The translations under genes were made by a program, and so were the position numbers. Below the pieces are notes generated by a model. It was not told the DNA's origin and did no database searches. It worked only from the letters and a program-made list of their open reading frames with translations. A stretch of 64,000 bases of DNA from a bacterium (GTDB lineage: Bacteria > Desulfobacterota > Binatia > UBA12015): assembly GCA_030430245.1 (NCBI GenBank), contig JAUIFY010000001.1, positions 12,878-76,877 of the forward strand. Reading direction: 5' to 3'. Below, piece by piece: positions 54,125-63,594 of the stretch. The stretch's first letter is position 1, and every line of letters begins with the position of its first letter.

Positions 54125-54862
54125 TCAGAGGACCAGTGTCGTGCCGCCGTCCACGACGAAGATCTGGCCCGTCATGTACTGGTTGTCGACGCAGCTCAGG
54201 ACGGCCTTCGAGACGTCCACGGGTGTCGCCGAGCGGCCGGCGGGCACGATGGCCGCGACGCCGGCGTGCAGGTCGGCCCAGTCCTCGGTCCACGGCGTCT
54301 GAACGAGGCCGGGCGCGACCGCGTTCACGCGGACGGGCTTGCAGTTCCGCGCGAGGTCCATCGTGAGGTTGTTCATGGCGGCCTTCGCCATGCCGTACGC
54401 GGTCGAGCTCCCGATCGCGCGGAGCCCGGCGACCGACGACACGTTCACGATGCAACCCCTGCCGGCCTCCTTCAGGTGCGGCATGGCGGCGCGGGTGAGC
54501 CACCAGGTTCCGTAGACGTTGACCTCGATCGTCTTGAAGAGGATCTCGTTGGTCAGTGCGTCGAGGTCGTCGTGCGGAACGCGCGTCGTCCAGCCGGCGT
54601 TTTTCACGAGGATGTCGAGGCGTCCGAACTTCTCGCCGGTGGTCGCCACGAGAGCCTTGTCGTCGTCTTCCTTGCTGATGTCGGCTCGGACGTAGATCGA
54701 TTTCGTGGGGAGCCCCTTCGCGACCGCCTCGCCCTGCTCCACCGAGCTGGAGGAGTTGACCACCACGTGGGCGCCGGCTTCGGCGAGATCCCGCGCGACC
54801 TGCTCTCCGATCCCGCTCGAGGATCCCGAAACGATGGCGACCTGTCCGTCCAATCTGTCCAT
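54125..54862 (-). CDS. SDR-family oxidoreductase
   Basis: Internal Met of track ORF 54125..55048. MDRLDGQVAIVSGSSSGIGEQ...NAG...YGMAK. Confidence 0.8.
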   Translation of the reverse strand: MDRLDGQVAIVSGSSSGIGEQVARDLAEAGAHVVVNSSSSVEQGEAVAKGLPTKSIYVRADISKEDDDKALVATTGEKFGRLDILVKNAGWTTRVPHDDLDALTNEILFKTIEVNVYGTWWLTRAAMPHLKEAGRGCIVNVSSVAGLRAIGSSTAYGMAKAAMNNLTMDLARNCKPVRVNAVAPGLVQTPWTEDWADLHAGVAAIVPAGRSATPVDVSKAVLSCVDNQYMTGQIFVVDGGTTLVL

Positions 54863-54888
54863 GGATCCTCCCTTAGCAGGCGCCCGCG

Positions 54889-55848
54889 CTACCGATAGCC
54901 CCACTCGTTGATGAAGGGCGCGACGAGCTGGGTGTACGTGTCGCGAATCGCCGCGTTCCGATGCTCGCTTCCCGCCTCCTCGCTCACCGAGGCCACGTCC
55001 CAGAACGCCGCCCGGCTCGGGAAGTTGTTCAGCCGGAACTCGCTCCACGTGCGGCCGTCGCCGATCAGCTCGCCCTCGATGTCCACCCAGAGACCGGGGC
55101 GCACGCCTCGACCGATCACGTCCTGCTGCTCGCGCCCCTGCTCGTACAGCGCCATGGCCTCGCGACCCGTGAGCGTCGTCTCCCGACCGTCCTGGTACTG
55201 CGCGATCTCGTGGAATCCGAGAAGGTGCGCCATGGTGATCGGTGGATCCGGGGTGGGGGGATGGGGGACGGACGACATGTCGACCCGGTAGAACTCGTCC
55301 GGGAACGGGGCCTGCTGCGGAACGCTCACCAGGACGAGCGTCTTCTCGACGCCGGCGACCTTGTGCTGTGAGACCGCGCGGAAGTCCTGGCGCTCGAGCA
55401 TCTCGAAGAACTTCGCTCGGCTCGGATAGCGGACCATGCCGATCTGGTCCCAGGTCTCACCGTCGCTCGAGATCAGGTTGAGCTCGGCGTCGCCCACGAA
55501 GACCGGCCGCGCACCGATGTCGAGCAGGATGGGAAGGACGCTCTGTCCGTACAGCCCGTCGGCTTCGGCCCCGGTGAGATCGGTTTCACGGCCGTCGGGG
55601 TACTCCGCGCGCTCTCGGTGGCGGATCAGATTCACCATGTAGAACGGCCCGTCTTCCGCGGCGGGCACCTGCATCATTCGACGGACCTGGTCGCGGTTCG
55701 TCGTTCCGAACGGCGGGTCGGCTGGGAAGAGCTCCTGGATCCGCTGATCGATCGCCGAGGTCGAGGCGGGCTGGCTGCCGTCCCCACAGCCGGTGCCGAG
55801 GAGGGCCGCGGTGCACGCGAGAAGGGTCCGAAGCACGAGCGTCTTCAT
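54889..55848 (-). CDS. Lipoprotein with tandem DUF1330-like domains
   Basis: MKTLVLRTLLACTAALLGTGC is a lipobox. Two paralogous halves: ...FYMVNLIRHRERAEYPDGRETDLTGAEA... and ...MAHLLGFHEIAQYQDGRETTLTGREA.... Confidence 0.6.
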   Translation of the reverse strand: MKTLVLRTLLACTAALLGTGCGDGSQPASTSAIDQRIQELFPADPPFGTTNRDQVRRMMQVPAAEDGPFYMVNLIRHRERAEYPDGRETDLTGAEADGLYGQSVLPILLDIGARPVFVGDAELNLISSDGETWDQIGMVRYPSRAKFFEMLERQDFRAVSQHKVAGVEKTLVLVSVPQQAPFPDEFYRVDMSSVPHPPTPDPPITMAHLLGFHEIAQYQDGRETTLTGREAMALYEQGREQQDVIGRGVRPGLWVDIEGELIGDGRTWSEFRLNNFPSRAAFWDVASVSEEAGSEHRNAAIRDTYTQLVAPFINEWGYR

Positions 55849-55929
55849 CTTGTGGCAACCTATGTGTCAAAAGATCGAGGGAGTCAACCTCCTTCGTGGA
55901 TGGGGCGTACGCTGTGCTACGCGCGACGC

Positions 55930-57201
55930 ATGGACTTCGATCTTCCAGAGGAGCTCGCGAGCTACCTCCGCACCCTGGACGACTTCATCGAGCGCGAGAT
56001 CCGGCCGCTCGAGGAGCAGGACGACAACATCCGCTTCTTCGATCATCGGCGCGAAGACGCGCGGACGGATTGGGAGCGCGGCGGTCTTCCGAACGAAGAG
56101 TGGGAAGCGCTTCTCGCCGAGGCGCGACGACGGGCCGACGCGGCCGGTCACTATCGCTACCCGTACCCGAAGGCGTTCGGAGGGCAGGACGGCACGAATC
56201 TCGGGATGGCGGTGATTCGCGAGCACCTCGCCACGCGCGGCCTCGGTCTGCACAATGATCTCCAGAACGAACACTCGATCGTCGGCAACAACGTCGGACT
56301 CCTGCTGATGCTGAGCTACGGGTCGGAGCGTCAGAAAGAGGAGTGGATTCCCGCTCTGCTCGAGGGGCGCATGGGTTTCGCGTTCGGCATCACCGAGCCC
56401 GAGCACGGGTCGGACGCGACCTACATGGAGACGACGGCGGTGCGCGAGGGGGATGTCTGGCGCATCAACGGCGAGAAGACGTGGAACACCGGCATTCACA
56501 AGGCGAAGTACGATCTCATCTTTGCGCGTACGAGTGGCAAGGCCGGAGACGGAGACGGGATCACCGCGTTCCTCGTCCCGGCCGACGCCGACGGCTTCAA
56601 GGTCGAGGAGATGCTCTGGACCTTCAACATGCCGACCGACCACGGCCACGTGTCGCTGAAGGACGTGCGCGTTCCGCACGACGCGATCTTCGGAGAGGAA
56701 GGGCGAGGCCTCATGGTCGTGCAGCACTTCTTCAACGAAAACCGTATCCGCCAGGCGGCCTCGAGCCTCGGCGCAGCGCAGTTCTGCATCAACGAGTCCG
56801 TCGAATACGCCAAGGTACGCGCCCCCTTCGGCAAGCCCCTCGCGACCAACCAGGCGATCCAGTTTCCGCTCGTCGAGCTCCAGACCCAGTGCGAAATGCT
56901 CCGTGCGCTCATCCACAAGACCGCGTGGGGCATGGACGAGCACGGGGCGTTCTCGGTTTCCGACAAGGTCTCGATGTGCAACTACTGGTCGAACCGCCTC
57001 TGCTGCGAGGCCGCCGACCGGGCGATGCAGGTGCACGGCGGCCTCGGCTACTCGCGCCACAAGCCGTTCGAGCACATCTATCGCCACCATCGTCGCTACC
57101 GGATCACGGAGGGCGCGGAGGAGATCCAGATGCGGCGCGTCGCGGGTTACATGTTCGGGTTCATGAAGCAGCGCGCCCCGAAGGGGGTCGTCGAAAGCTG
57201 A
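55930..57201 (+). CDS. Acyl-CoA dehydrogenase
   Basis: MDFDLPEELASYLRTLDDFIE...FGITEPEHGSDATYM...GAEEIQMRRVAGYMFG. Internal start of track ORF 55618..57201. Confidence 0.8.
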   Translation: MDFDLPEELASYLRTLDDFIEREIRPLEEQDDNIRFFDHRREDARTDWERGGLPNEEWEALLAEARRRADAAGHYRYPYPKAFGGQDGTNLGMAVIREHLATRGLGLHNDLQNEHSIVGNNVGLLLMLSYGSERQKEEWIPALLEGRMGFAFGITEPEHGSDATYMETTAVREGDVWRINGEKTWNTGIHKAKYDLIFARTSGKAGDGDGITAFLVPADADGFKVEEMLWTFNMPTDHGHVSLKDVRVPHDAIFGEEGRGLMVVQHFFNENRIRQAASSLGAAQFCINESVEYAKVRAPFGKPLATNQAIQFPLVELQTQCEMLRALIHKTAWGMDEHGAFSVSDKVSMCNYWSNRLCCEAADRAMQVHGGLGYSRHKPFEHIYRHHRRYRITEGAEEIQMRRVAGYMFGFMKQRAPKGVVES

Positions 57202-57289
57202 CGGCTTGCGATTCGGCTGCGCCCGTGCCCACCCTTGAAGCTCGAACGACAGTGGCGCGGCCGGAAGGCCGCCGATGGAAGGAGGCACC

Positions 57290-57769
57290 ATGGCTTCGAT
57301 GCACGACTTCACGATGACCTCGGCGACCGGTGAGCAAGTGAGCCTGTCCGACTACGCGGGCAAGGTCTGCCTGGTCGTCAACGTCGCCAGTGAGTGCGGT
57401 CTCACGCCACAGTACGAAGGTCTGCGTGCCCTGAACGACAAGTACGGCTCCAACGGCTTCACCGTTCTCGGCTTCCCCTGCAACCAATTCGGCGCTCAGG
57501 AGCCCGGCACCGACGCCGAGATCCTCGAGTTCGCCACCTCGAGGTACGGCGCCGACTTCCCGATCTTCTCGAAGATCGAGGTGAACGGCGACGGCGCGTG
57601 CGACCTCTACCGGTTCCTCAAGTCCTCGCGGGCCGACGAAGAGGGCAAGGAGGACATCGCGTGGAACTTCACGAAGTTCCTCGTCGATGGCGACGGACAG
57701 GTCGTCGCGCGCTTCGGGCCGACGACGACGCCCGAACAGATCGAGGCGGAGCTCGGCGCGCACCTCTGA
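57290..57769 (+). CDS. Glutathione peroxidase
   Basis: VVNVASECGLT with the catalytic Cys, and LGFPCNQFGAQEPG. ggagg RBS. Confidence 0.85.
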   Translation: MASMHDFTMTSATGEQVSLSDYAGKVCLVVNVASECGLTPQYEGLRALNDKYGSNGFTVLGFPCNQFGAQEPGTDAEILEFATSRYGADFPIFSKIEVNGDGACDLYRFLKSSRADEEGKEDIAWNFTKFLVDGDGQVVARFGPTTTPEQIEAELGAHL

Positions 57770-57790
57770 GCGTCCGAGGATCTCGAACGG

Positions 57791-57826
57791 GGAGCCGGCG
57801 GTGTGCCACGTGGCGCCGTCGGCTCC
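57791..57826. terminator. Imperfect GC-rich hairpin between the convergent gpx and CAP-domain genes (candidate bidirectional terminator)
   Basis: ggagccggcggtg-tgccac-gtggcgccgtcggctcc. The arms are largely complementary. No clear U-tract. Confidence 0.3.
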
Positions 57827-57833
57827 TCGGCTC

Positions 57834-58886
57834 TCAGTTGCAGCTGGGCTCGTTCGCGCCGCCGAAATCCATGACCCAGTAGTGGCCGAACGGTCCGCCG
57901 CACGCGTGGCCGATGCCGGCGACCGTGTAGTTCGAGCTTCCCATGATGAAGTCGTGGCCGGGCGAGTTCAGCCACTGGTCGAGGATGCCCTGAGCCGTCG
58001 CGTCCGATGCGGCGATGATCTCTCCCATCCACGTGAGAGGCCCGCAGCCGGCCGTGTACCCGGCCTCGCACGCGCGTTCCCAGAACTCGGTGCCGCCCGG
58101 TCCGACGTGGGCGTAGTATCCGCGGTTGCGCATGTCGTTCGCGTGGTCCTGGGCGCTGCGGTTCAGTGCCGAGCAGGTCGTGACCGGCGGCTCTCCCTGA
58201 GACGCGCGGTACGCGTTCACGAGATCGAAGAGCTGTTGCTCGACCGCCGCGAGCCCGTGGGTCGGCGTGCCGTTGCCGGTGCATGACGTTCCGCCATCGT
58301 CGCTCCCGCCCGGAGTGCAGCCGGGGACGTCGACGTGGACGCATCCGTCGCTAGACTCACACCAGTCGATCGTACATGGATCGGCGTCGTCGCACTCCAC
58401 GTCCTCCCAGCACGTCGGACCGGACGCGTTGGCACAGGCATCGAGGCACGTGTCGGTCTCGCCCAGTTCGGCGAACTTGTTCGGCGTCTCCGCGCAGAGC
58501 TCCTCGGTCCTACGCGCCTTGCACGACTGCTTGCCCTTTCGTGTCGTGTAGCAGCACGTCGTCCACTCCGGCGGTCTCGAGCACGTCGACTTCTTCGCAC
58601 CCGACAGGAGCGTCGACCGGCACTTCGCTCGGATCGTCTCGTCGACGACGGCCTGCGTGGCGACCGTGCGCGCACAGGAGACGAAGCTGCGGAACTCCGG
58701 CTTCCACGACTCGGTGCGCGCGGGGCTGCACCCGCAGGTCGCCTCGAGCCGCTGCCACGCGGTCGCCAGATCCGCCTCGTCGCCGGCGACGGTGCCGCAC
58801 TTCTCGGCCGCGGCCACCGGCAGAACCGACGCGAGCAGAAGGCCGAGCGCGCACGCCGACCGTCGATACCTCCGCACCCCTTTCAT
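57834..58886 (-). CDS. Secreted CAP/SCP/PR-1-domain protein with Cys/Asp-rich N-terminal region
   Basis: It is the last 350 aa of shadow ORF 57834..61673. MKGVRRYRRSACALGLLLASVLPVAAA is a signal peptide. C-terminal YYAHVGPGG...LNSPGH...NYTVAGIGHA...GHYWVMDFG are CAP motifs. N-terminal CWEDVECDDADPCTIDWCESSDGC. Confidence 0.75.
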   Translation of the reverse strand: MKGVRRYRRSACALGLLLASVLPVAAAEKCGTVAGDEADLATAWQRLEATCGCSPARTESWKPEFRSFVSCARTVATQAVVDETIRAKCRSTLLSGAKKSTCSRPPEWTTCCYTTRKGKQSCKARRTEELCAETPNKFAELGETDTCLDACANASGPTCWEDVECDDADPCTIDWCESSDGCVHVDVPGCTPGGSDDGGTSCTGNGTPTHGLAAVEQQLFDLVNAYRASQGEPPVTTCSALNRSAQDHANDMRNRGYYAHVGPGGTEFWERACEAGYTAGCGPLTWMGEIIAASDATAQGILDQWLNSPGHDFIMGSSNYTVAGIGHACGGPFGHYWVMDFGGANEPSCN

Positions 58887-59042
58887 GCACCCATCTCTAC
58901 CTCGGCGACCAGGCCGAGTGTCGGGATCAGAGGATAGGGAATGGCACGGCCTCGGGAAAGTGATTTTCGGTGCGAACCGCAGCGATCTTCGGGAAGACTG
59001 GGGGTCGGCGGTGGCGTTCGATACGATCTCCGTCGGATCGTG

Positions 59043-60497
59043 ATGGAGCGAGCGGACGAGACCTTCGATGCCGTCGTCGTCGGGAGCGGCCCGAACGGGC
59101 TCGCGGCGGCGGTGGAGCTGGCGCGAGCCGGAGCTTCGGTGCTGGTCCTCGAGGGCGCCGGCACGATCGGCGGGGGGACGCGGACCGCCGAGCTCACGCT
59201 TCCCGGGTTCCGGCACGACGTGTGCTCCGGGGTGCACACGATGGGCATCGTGTCTCCTTTCTTCCGCGAGCTTCCGCTCGAGGATCACGGGCTCGTCTGG
59301 CTCCAGGGGGGAGCCTCGGTCGCCCATCCTCTCGACGATGGTCCCGCCGTGATGCTCTGGCGCTCGTTGGAGCAGACCGCCGAGCAGCTCGGTCGAGACG
59401 CGCGGGCGTATCGGCGACTCGTGGAGCCGTTCCTTCGCGACCCGCACGCGCTGTTGCGCGACGGACTGGGGCCGCTTCGATGGCCGTCGCGTCCGTTGCA
59501 GTTCGCCCGATTCGGGATGACCGGGTTCTGGCCGTCGACCTGGCTGGGCAGCGTCGTCTTCCGTGAGGCGCCGGCCCGCGCGCTTCTCGCCGGTTGTGCG
59601 GCCCATTCGATCCTGCCGCTCAGCCACCTTCTCACGTCGGCGATGGCGCTGATGTTCCTCGTCGTCGGACACGTCGAGCCGTGGCCGGTGGCGCGCGGCG
59701 GCTCGGCGGCCATCACCGACGCTCTCGCGAGCTATCTCCGGTCGCTCGGAGGAGTCGTTCGCACGGGGCGTTGGGTGCGTTCGGCCGCCGATCTCCCGCC
59801 GGCCCGCGCTTATCTCTTCGACACCGATCCGCACCAGCTCGCCCGGATCGTGGGCGACGCACTGCCGGCCGGCTACCGCCGACGACTCGAGCGCTATCGA
59901 ATGGGGCCGGGCGTCTTCAAGGTCGACTGGGCGCTCGACGGGCCCATCCCCTGGAAGGACGCGACCTGCCTCGAGGCGTCGACGGTTCACGTCAGTGGCA
60001 CGATGGAGGAGACGGCGGCCAGCGAGGCCGCGATGTTCCGAGGTCGGGAGCCCGAGCGCCCGTTCTTGATCGTCCTCCAACAGAGCCAGATCGATGCGAC
60101 GCGGGCTCCCGACGGGAGGCACACGGGATACGCGTACTGCCACGTTCCGAGTGGATCGACGTTCGACATGACCGACCGCATCGAGGCCCAGATCGAGCGC
60201 TTCGCCCCTGGCTTTCGCGAACGGATTCTCGCGCGGCACGGCACGTCGACCGCGGAGCTCGAGCGGGAGAACCCGAACTACGTCGGAGGAGCCATCACGG
60301 GCGGAATGGCCGACGTCACGCAGTTCTTCACGCGCCCGGTCGTTCGCGCCGACCCCTACGCCACGCCGCATCCGCGCGTCTTCCTCTGCTCCGGTTCGAC
60401 GCCCCCGGGCGGGGGCGTGCACGGGATGTGCGGCCATCACGCGGCGCGGAGCGTGCTGCGTCGGCTCGAGCGTGCCGAGCTCGCGCCCCTGGCCTGA
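59043..60497 (+). CDS. NAD(P)/FAD-dependent oxidoreductase (phytoene-desaturase/amine-oxidase-like)
   Basis: Internal Met of track ORF 58941..60497. FDAVVVGSGPNGLAAAVELARAGASVLVLE. Confidence 0.75.
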   Translation: MERADETFDAVVVGSGPNGLAAAVELARAGASVLVLEGAGTIGGGTRTAELTLPGFRHDVCSGVHTMGIVSPFFRELPLEDHGLVWLQGGASVAHPLDDGPAVMLWRSLEQTAEQLGRDARAYRRLVEPFLRDPHALLRDGLGPLRWPSRPLQFARFGMTGFWPSTWLGSVVFREAPARALLAGCAAHSILPLSHLLTSAMALMFLVVGHVEPWPVARGGSAAITDALASYLRSLGGVVRTGRWVRSAADLPPARAYLFDTDPHQLARIVGDALPAGYRRRLERYRMGPGVFKVDWALDGPIPWKDATCLEASTVHVSGTMEETAASEAAMFRGREPERPFLIVLQQSQIDATRAPDGRHTGYAYCHVPSGSTFDMTDRIEAQIERFAPGFRERILARHGTSTAELERENPNYVGGAITGGMADVTQFFTRPVVRADPYATPHPRVFLCSGSTPPGGGVHGMCGHHAARSVLRRLERAELAPLA

Positions 60498-60545
60498 CGC
60501 GGGTCGCGCTTGCCAACACGGCGCGGACCCAGGAGAGAGACCTGC

Positions 60546-61751
60546 ATGAACATCACACTCGAAGAAGGCGCGGCGCCGTCCGGGCCGCTCGCGGGAGTCC
60601 GGGTTCTGGACCTCTCGGCCGTCGTCTCGGGGCCGCTCTGCGGCCAGGTGCTCGGTGACCTGGGCGCGGACGTCGTCAAGGTCGAGGCGCCGACCGGGGA
60701 CGCCACGCGACGCCTCGGCCTCCCCGACGTCTGCGGCTTCACCGGCTGGTACCTCAACTTCAATCGGAACAAGCGGGGGATCTCGGTCGATCTCAAGACG
60801 GAGGCAGGCGTGGAGGTCGTGCGCAGGCTCGCCCGCGAGGCCGACGTCGTTCTCGAGAACTTCCGCCCGGGCGTCGCCGACCGGTTGGGGGTCGGGTACG
60901 AGTCCCTCGCCGCCGAGAACCCCGCTCTGATCTACGTCGCGATCAGCGGCTTCGGCCCCGACGGCCCCTATCGGGACCGGCCGGCGTACGACTCGGTGAT
61001 CCAGGGCTACGCCGGGTTCATGCCGACCCAGGGGGGAGGGAGCGAGCCGGCTCTGGTGCGCTCGATCGCCGCGGACAAGGTGAGCGGAATGACGGCGACG
61101 TACGCGGTTCTCGCCGCCCTCTTCGCCCGCGAGAAGAACGGAGGGCGGGGGCAGCGGATCGACATCCCCATGCTCGACAGCTGGGTGGCCTACATCCTGC
61201 CCGACGTGTTCCTCGACCGCGCCTACGCCGATCGGCCCGAGCCCGGCCCCGCGCCGAACATTCACCGGACGTGGGCGACCAAGGACGGCCACATCGTGAT
61301 GATGCTCATCGAGGATCACCAGTTTCACGCGATGTGCCGCGTGCTGGACCGCGAGGACATGATCGAGGATCCGCGGTGCAGGACGATCCTCGATCGCTTC
61401 GCCAACGCCGAGACGCTGTTCAAGGAGGTGGAGGACGAGCTGAAGAAGTGGACGACCCGGGAGCTCGTCGATCGTGCCGATCGGTTCGGGGCCCCGATCG
61501 CCCCCGCGAACGACATCAAGGATCTGATGGCGGACCCCCAGGCGCGCCACGCGAAGATCGTCGTCGACGTCGCGCACGACGAGGCGGGCAATCTGCGATA
61601 CCTGCGGAGCCCGGCCCGCTTCTCCGAGACGCCGACCTCGTTTCGGGCGCACCCCCCGAAGCTGGGGGAGCACAACGAGACGGTCCTGCGCGAAGCCGGC
61701 TACTCCGACGATGAGATCCGTGGCCTTCGCGAGGCGGGCGCGATCGGCTAG
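60546..61751 (+). CDS. CoA-transferase family III (CaiB/BaiF/alpha-methylacyl-CoA racemase family)
   Basis: GPLAGVRVLDLSAVVSGPLCGQVLGDLGADVVKVEAPTGDATR is the family N-terminal signature. ggagagag RBS. Confidence 0.85.
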   Translation: MNITLEEGAAPSGPLAGVRVLDLSAVVSGPLCGQVLGDLGADVVKVEAPTGDATRRLGLPDVCGFTGWYLNFNRNKRGISVDLKTEAGVEVVRRLAREADVVLENFRPGVADRLGVGYESLAAENPALIYVAISGFGPDGPYRDRPAYDSVIQGYAGFMPTQGGGSEPALVRSIAADKVSGMTATYAVLAALFAREKNGGRGQRIDIPMLDSWVAYILPDVFLDRAYADRPEPGPAPNIHRTWATKDGHIVMMLIEDHQFHAMCRVLDREDMIEDPRCRTILDRFANAETLFKEVEDELKKWTTRELVDRADRFGAPIAPANDIKDLMADPQARHAKIVVDVAHDEAGNLRYLRSPARFSETPTSFRAHPPKLGEHNETVLREAGYSDDEIRGLREAGAIG

Positions 61752-61766
61752 CGTCCGAGGCCCGCT

Positions 61767-62651
61767 CTACTTTGGTTTGCGCGGGCGCTCGCCGTAGTCG
61801 CCCCACGGCGCGTCGCGCTCGCGGATGACTTCGCGGAACCCCTTCTCGCGAAACGACTCGGCCCAGCGAAGTGCGTCCTCGGTGTGCCGCGTCACGCCGT
61901 CGAAGAGGGTGCCGAGGAGCTGGGTGGTGCGCAAACCCATGTTTTCGTAGGCCTGGTTGATCAGGAGCTTGTTCAACGCGAGCTGGTTCGCCGGGATGTG
62001 CTGGAACCGTGCCGCGTACTCCTCGACTCGCGTCGCCAGCTCGGCGGCGGGGAAGGCGCGCGACACCAGGCCGATCCGTACCGCGGTCGGGGCGTCGATC
62101 GCCTCGCCGGTGAGCAGGAACTGCTTGGCGTGCTCCAGGCCGAGGCGGTAGACCCAGATCATCGTCGTCGGCGTGCCGAAGACACGCGACGGCGCGTAGC
62201 CGATGTAGGCGTCGTCGGCCATGAAGAGCTGATCGCAGCACAGGACGAGATCCGTCGCGCCTCCGACGGCGAAGCCGTGGATCTGTCCGATCACCGGCTT
62301 CGGGCAGTGCCAGACCTTCATGAAGCGCTGCACGTTCTTGTTCATGAATTGATAGTCGCGCACCGGGTCCCAGGCGCCCTCGCGAGGCTCCGGTCCCGGT
62401 GCGTCGAACGGGCTCGACCAGCCGCCGCGGCCCATCGCGACGAGGTCGTAGCCCGCGGTGAACACCCGGCCTTCGCCGCGCAGCACGATCGCTCGGACGT
62501 TCCTCGACGCAGTGGCCTCGTCGATGCCGTCCGCGACCCCCTGCACGACGGCCTCGGTCAGGGTGTTGAGCTTCTCCGGGCGGTTGAGGGTGATGATCGC
62601 GATCGAGTCGCGCTCTTCGTAGCGGACCGTGTTCTCTTCCGAGGTCGACAT
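61767..62651 (-). CDS. Enoyl-CoA hydratase/isomerase (crotonase) family protein
   Basis: Internal Met of track ORF 61767..62888. IAIITLNRPEKLNTL...FTAGYDL...HGFAVGGATDLVLCCD. Confidence 0.8.
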   Translation of the reverse strand: MSTSEENTVRYEERDSIAIITLNRPEKLNTLTEAVVQGVADGIDEATASRNVRAIVLRGEGRVFTAGYDLVAMGRGGWSSPFDAPGPEPREGAWDPVRDYQFMNKNVQRFMKVWHCPKPVIGQIHGFAVGGATDLVLCCDQLFMADDAYIGYAPSRVFGTPTTMIWVYRLGLEHAKQFLLTGEAIDAPTAVRIGLVSRAFPAAELATRVEEYAARFQHIPANQLALNKLLINQAYENMGLRTTQLLGTLFDGVTRHTEDALRWAESFREKGFREVIRERDAPWGDYGERPRKPK

Positions 62652-62719
62652 GGGGTCTGTGGTAGCAGCCTCGGCCGGCGTCTTGACAGCCCCGAAGCCG
62701 TGGGGAATGGAATCCCGCC

Positions 62720-63160
62720 GTGATGCACATTCGTGACTGCAGGCTGATTCCGGCCGGGCTCGTCTCGGTTCTCTGTCTTCTCGTCGCCGCCGGATGCACC
62801 TCGTCCGACGCGCCCGCACCGTCGGCCGACACCCCCGGCGAAGCTCCGCTGGCCGAGGCTCCTCCCGCGGCCGAGGGGGGCGCGCCACCGCTCGTCGTGA
62901 CCGAGCTGTTCGTCGACGTGGAGGCGGAGCCGGACGAAGGCTCTCCGCCCCTCTCGGTCCAGTTCACCGCGATCGTCGAAGACAATACCGGCGCCGTCGA
63001 ATGCGAGTGGGATTTCGGGGATGGCTCGCCGAAGAAGAAGGGCACGAGCCCGATGCACGTCTACTCGACGGTCGAGGACTACGAGATCATCGTTCGGTGC
63101 AGGGACGAGGCGGGCGTCGAGGGTGAGGGCGAGATCGACGTCTTCGTCGAGGAGGAGTAG
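62720..63160 (+). CDS. Lipoprotein with PKD domain
   Basis: Lipobox LLVAAGC. PLSVQFTA...WDFGDGS...HVYSTVEDYEIIVRCRD is PKD. Confidence 0.65.
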   Translation: MMHIRDCRLIPAGLVSVLCLLVAAGCTSSDAPAPSADTPGEAPLAEAPPAAEGGAPPLVVTELFVDVEAEPDEGSPPLSVQFTAIVEDNTGAVECEWDFGDGSPKKKGTSPMHVYSTVEDYEIIVRCRDEAGVEGEGEIDVFVEEE

Positions 63161-63166
63161 GGGACG

Positions 63167-63547
63167 CTACGTGTCCTCGCGCGTGTACCACCACGCCCAC
63201 ACGCCGAAGAGGAGCTGGAACGGCAGACGGACCCAGTTGACGACCGGGTTGCCGGTGCCCGGTCCCTCGGGCCCCACGTTCTCGAGCATCATGTAGACGT
63301 TCGCCGGGTACACGGCGATCAGCAGCGCGATCGTTCCCCATGCCGCGAGTACGCGCGTCTTGGGCTCGAGCAGGTAGACGCCGAGCACGATCTCGATGAG
63401 CCCGGAGATCACGTTCAGCCACTCGGGATTCGGGAGCTCGGGCGGGATGATCGCGACGAAGAAGCCCGGGTTGATCAGGTGGAGAAAGCCCGTGAGGCAC
63501 AGCTGGAAGGAGAGGAGGTAGAGGAGGGGCTTCTTGAATCTCGCCAT
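63167..63547 (-). CDS. Small DoxX-like integral membrane protein
   Basis: It is the last 126 aa of track ORF 63167..63991: MARFKKPLLYLLSFQLCLTGFLHLINPGFF...IALLIAVYPANVYMM. 3 to 4 TM. Confidence 0.45.
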   Translation of the reverse strand: MARFKKPLLYLLSFQLCLTGFLHLINPGFFVAIIPPELPNPEWLNVISGLIEIVLGVYLLEPKTRVLAAWGTIALLIAVYPANVYMMLENVGPEGPGTGNPVVNWVRLPFQLLFGVWAWWYTREDT

Positions 63548-63594
63548 CGGGCGAGTGTGCTCCTCTCCGTCCTCGATTCCAAGCGCGATTCGAC

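Noticed and set aside
57834-61673. 1279-aa minus ORF
   Set aside because: Only its last 350 aa (CAP-domain protein, start 58886) is real. The remainder is antisense to the FAD oxidoreductase and CoA-transferase genes.
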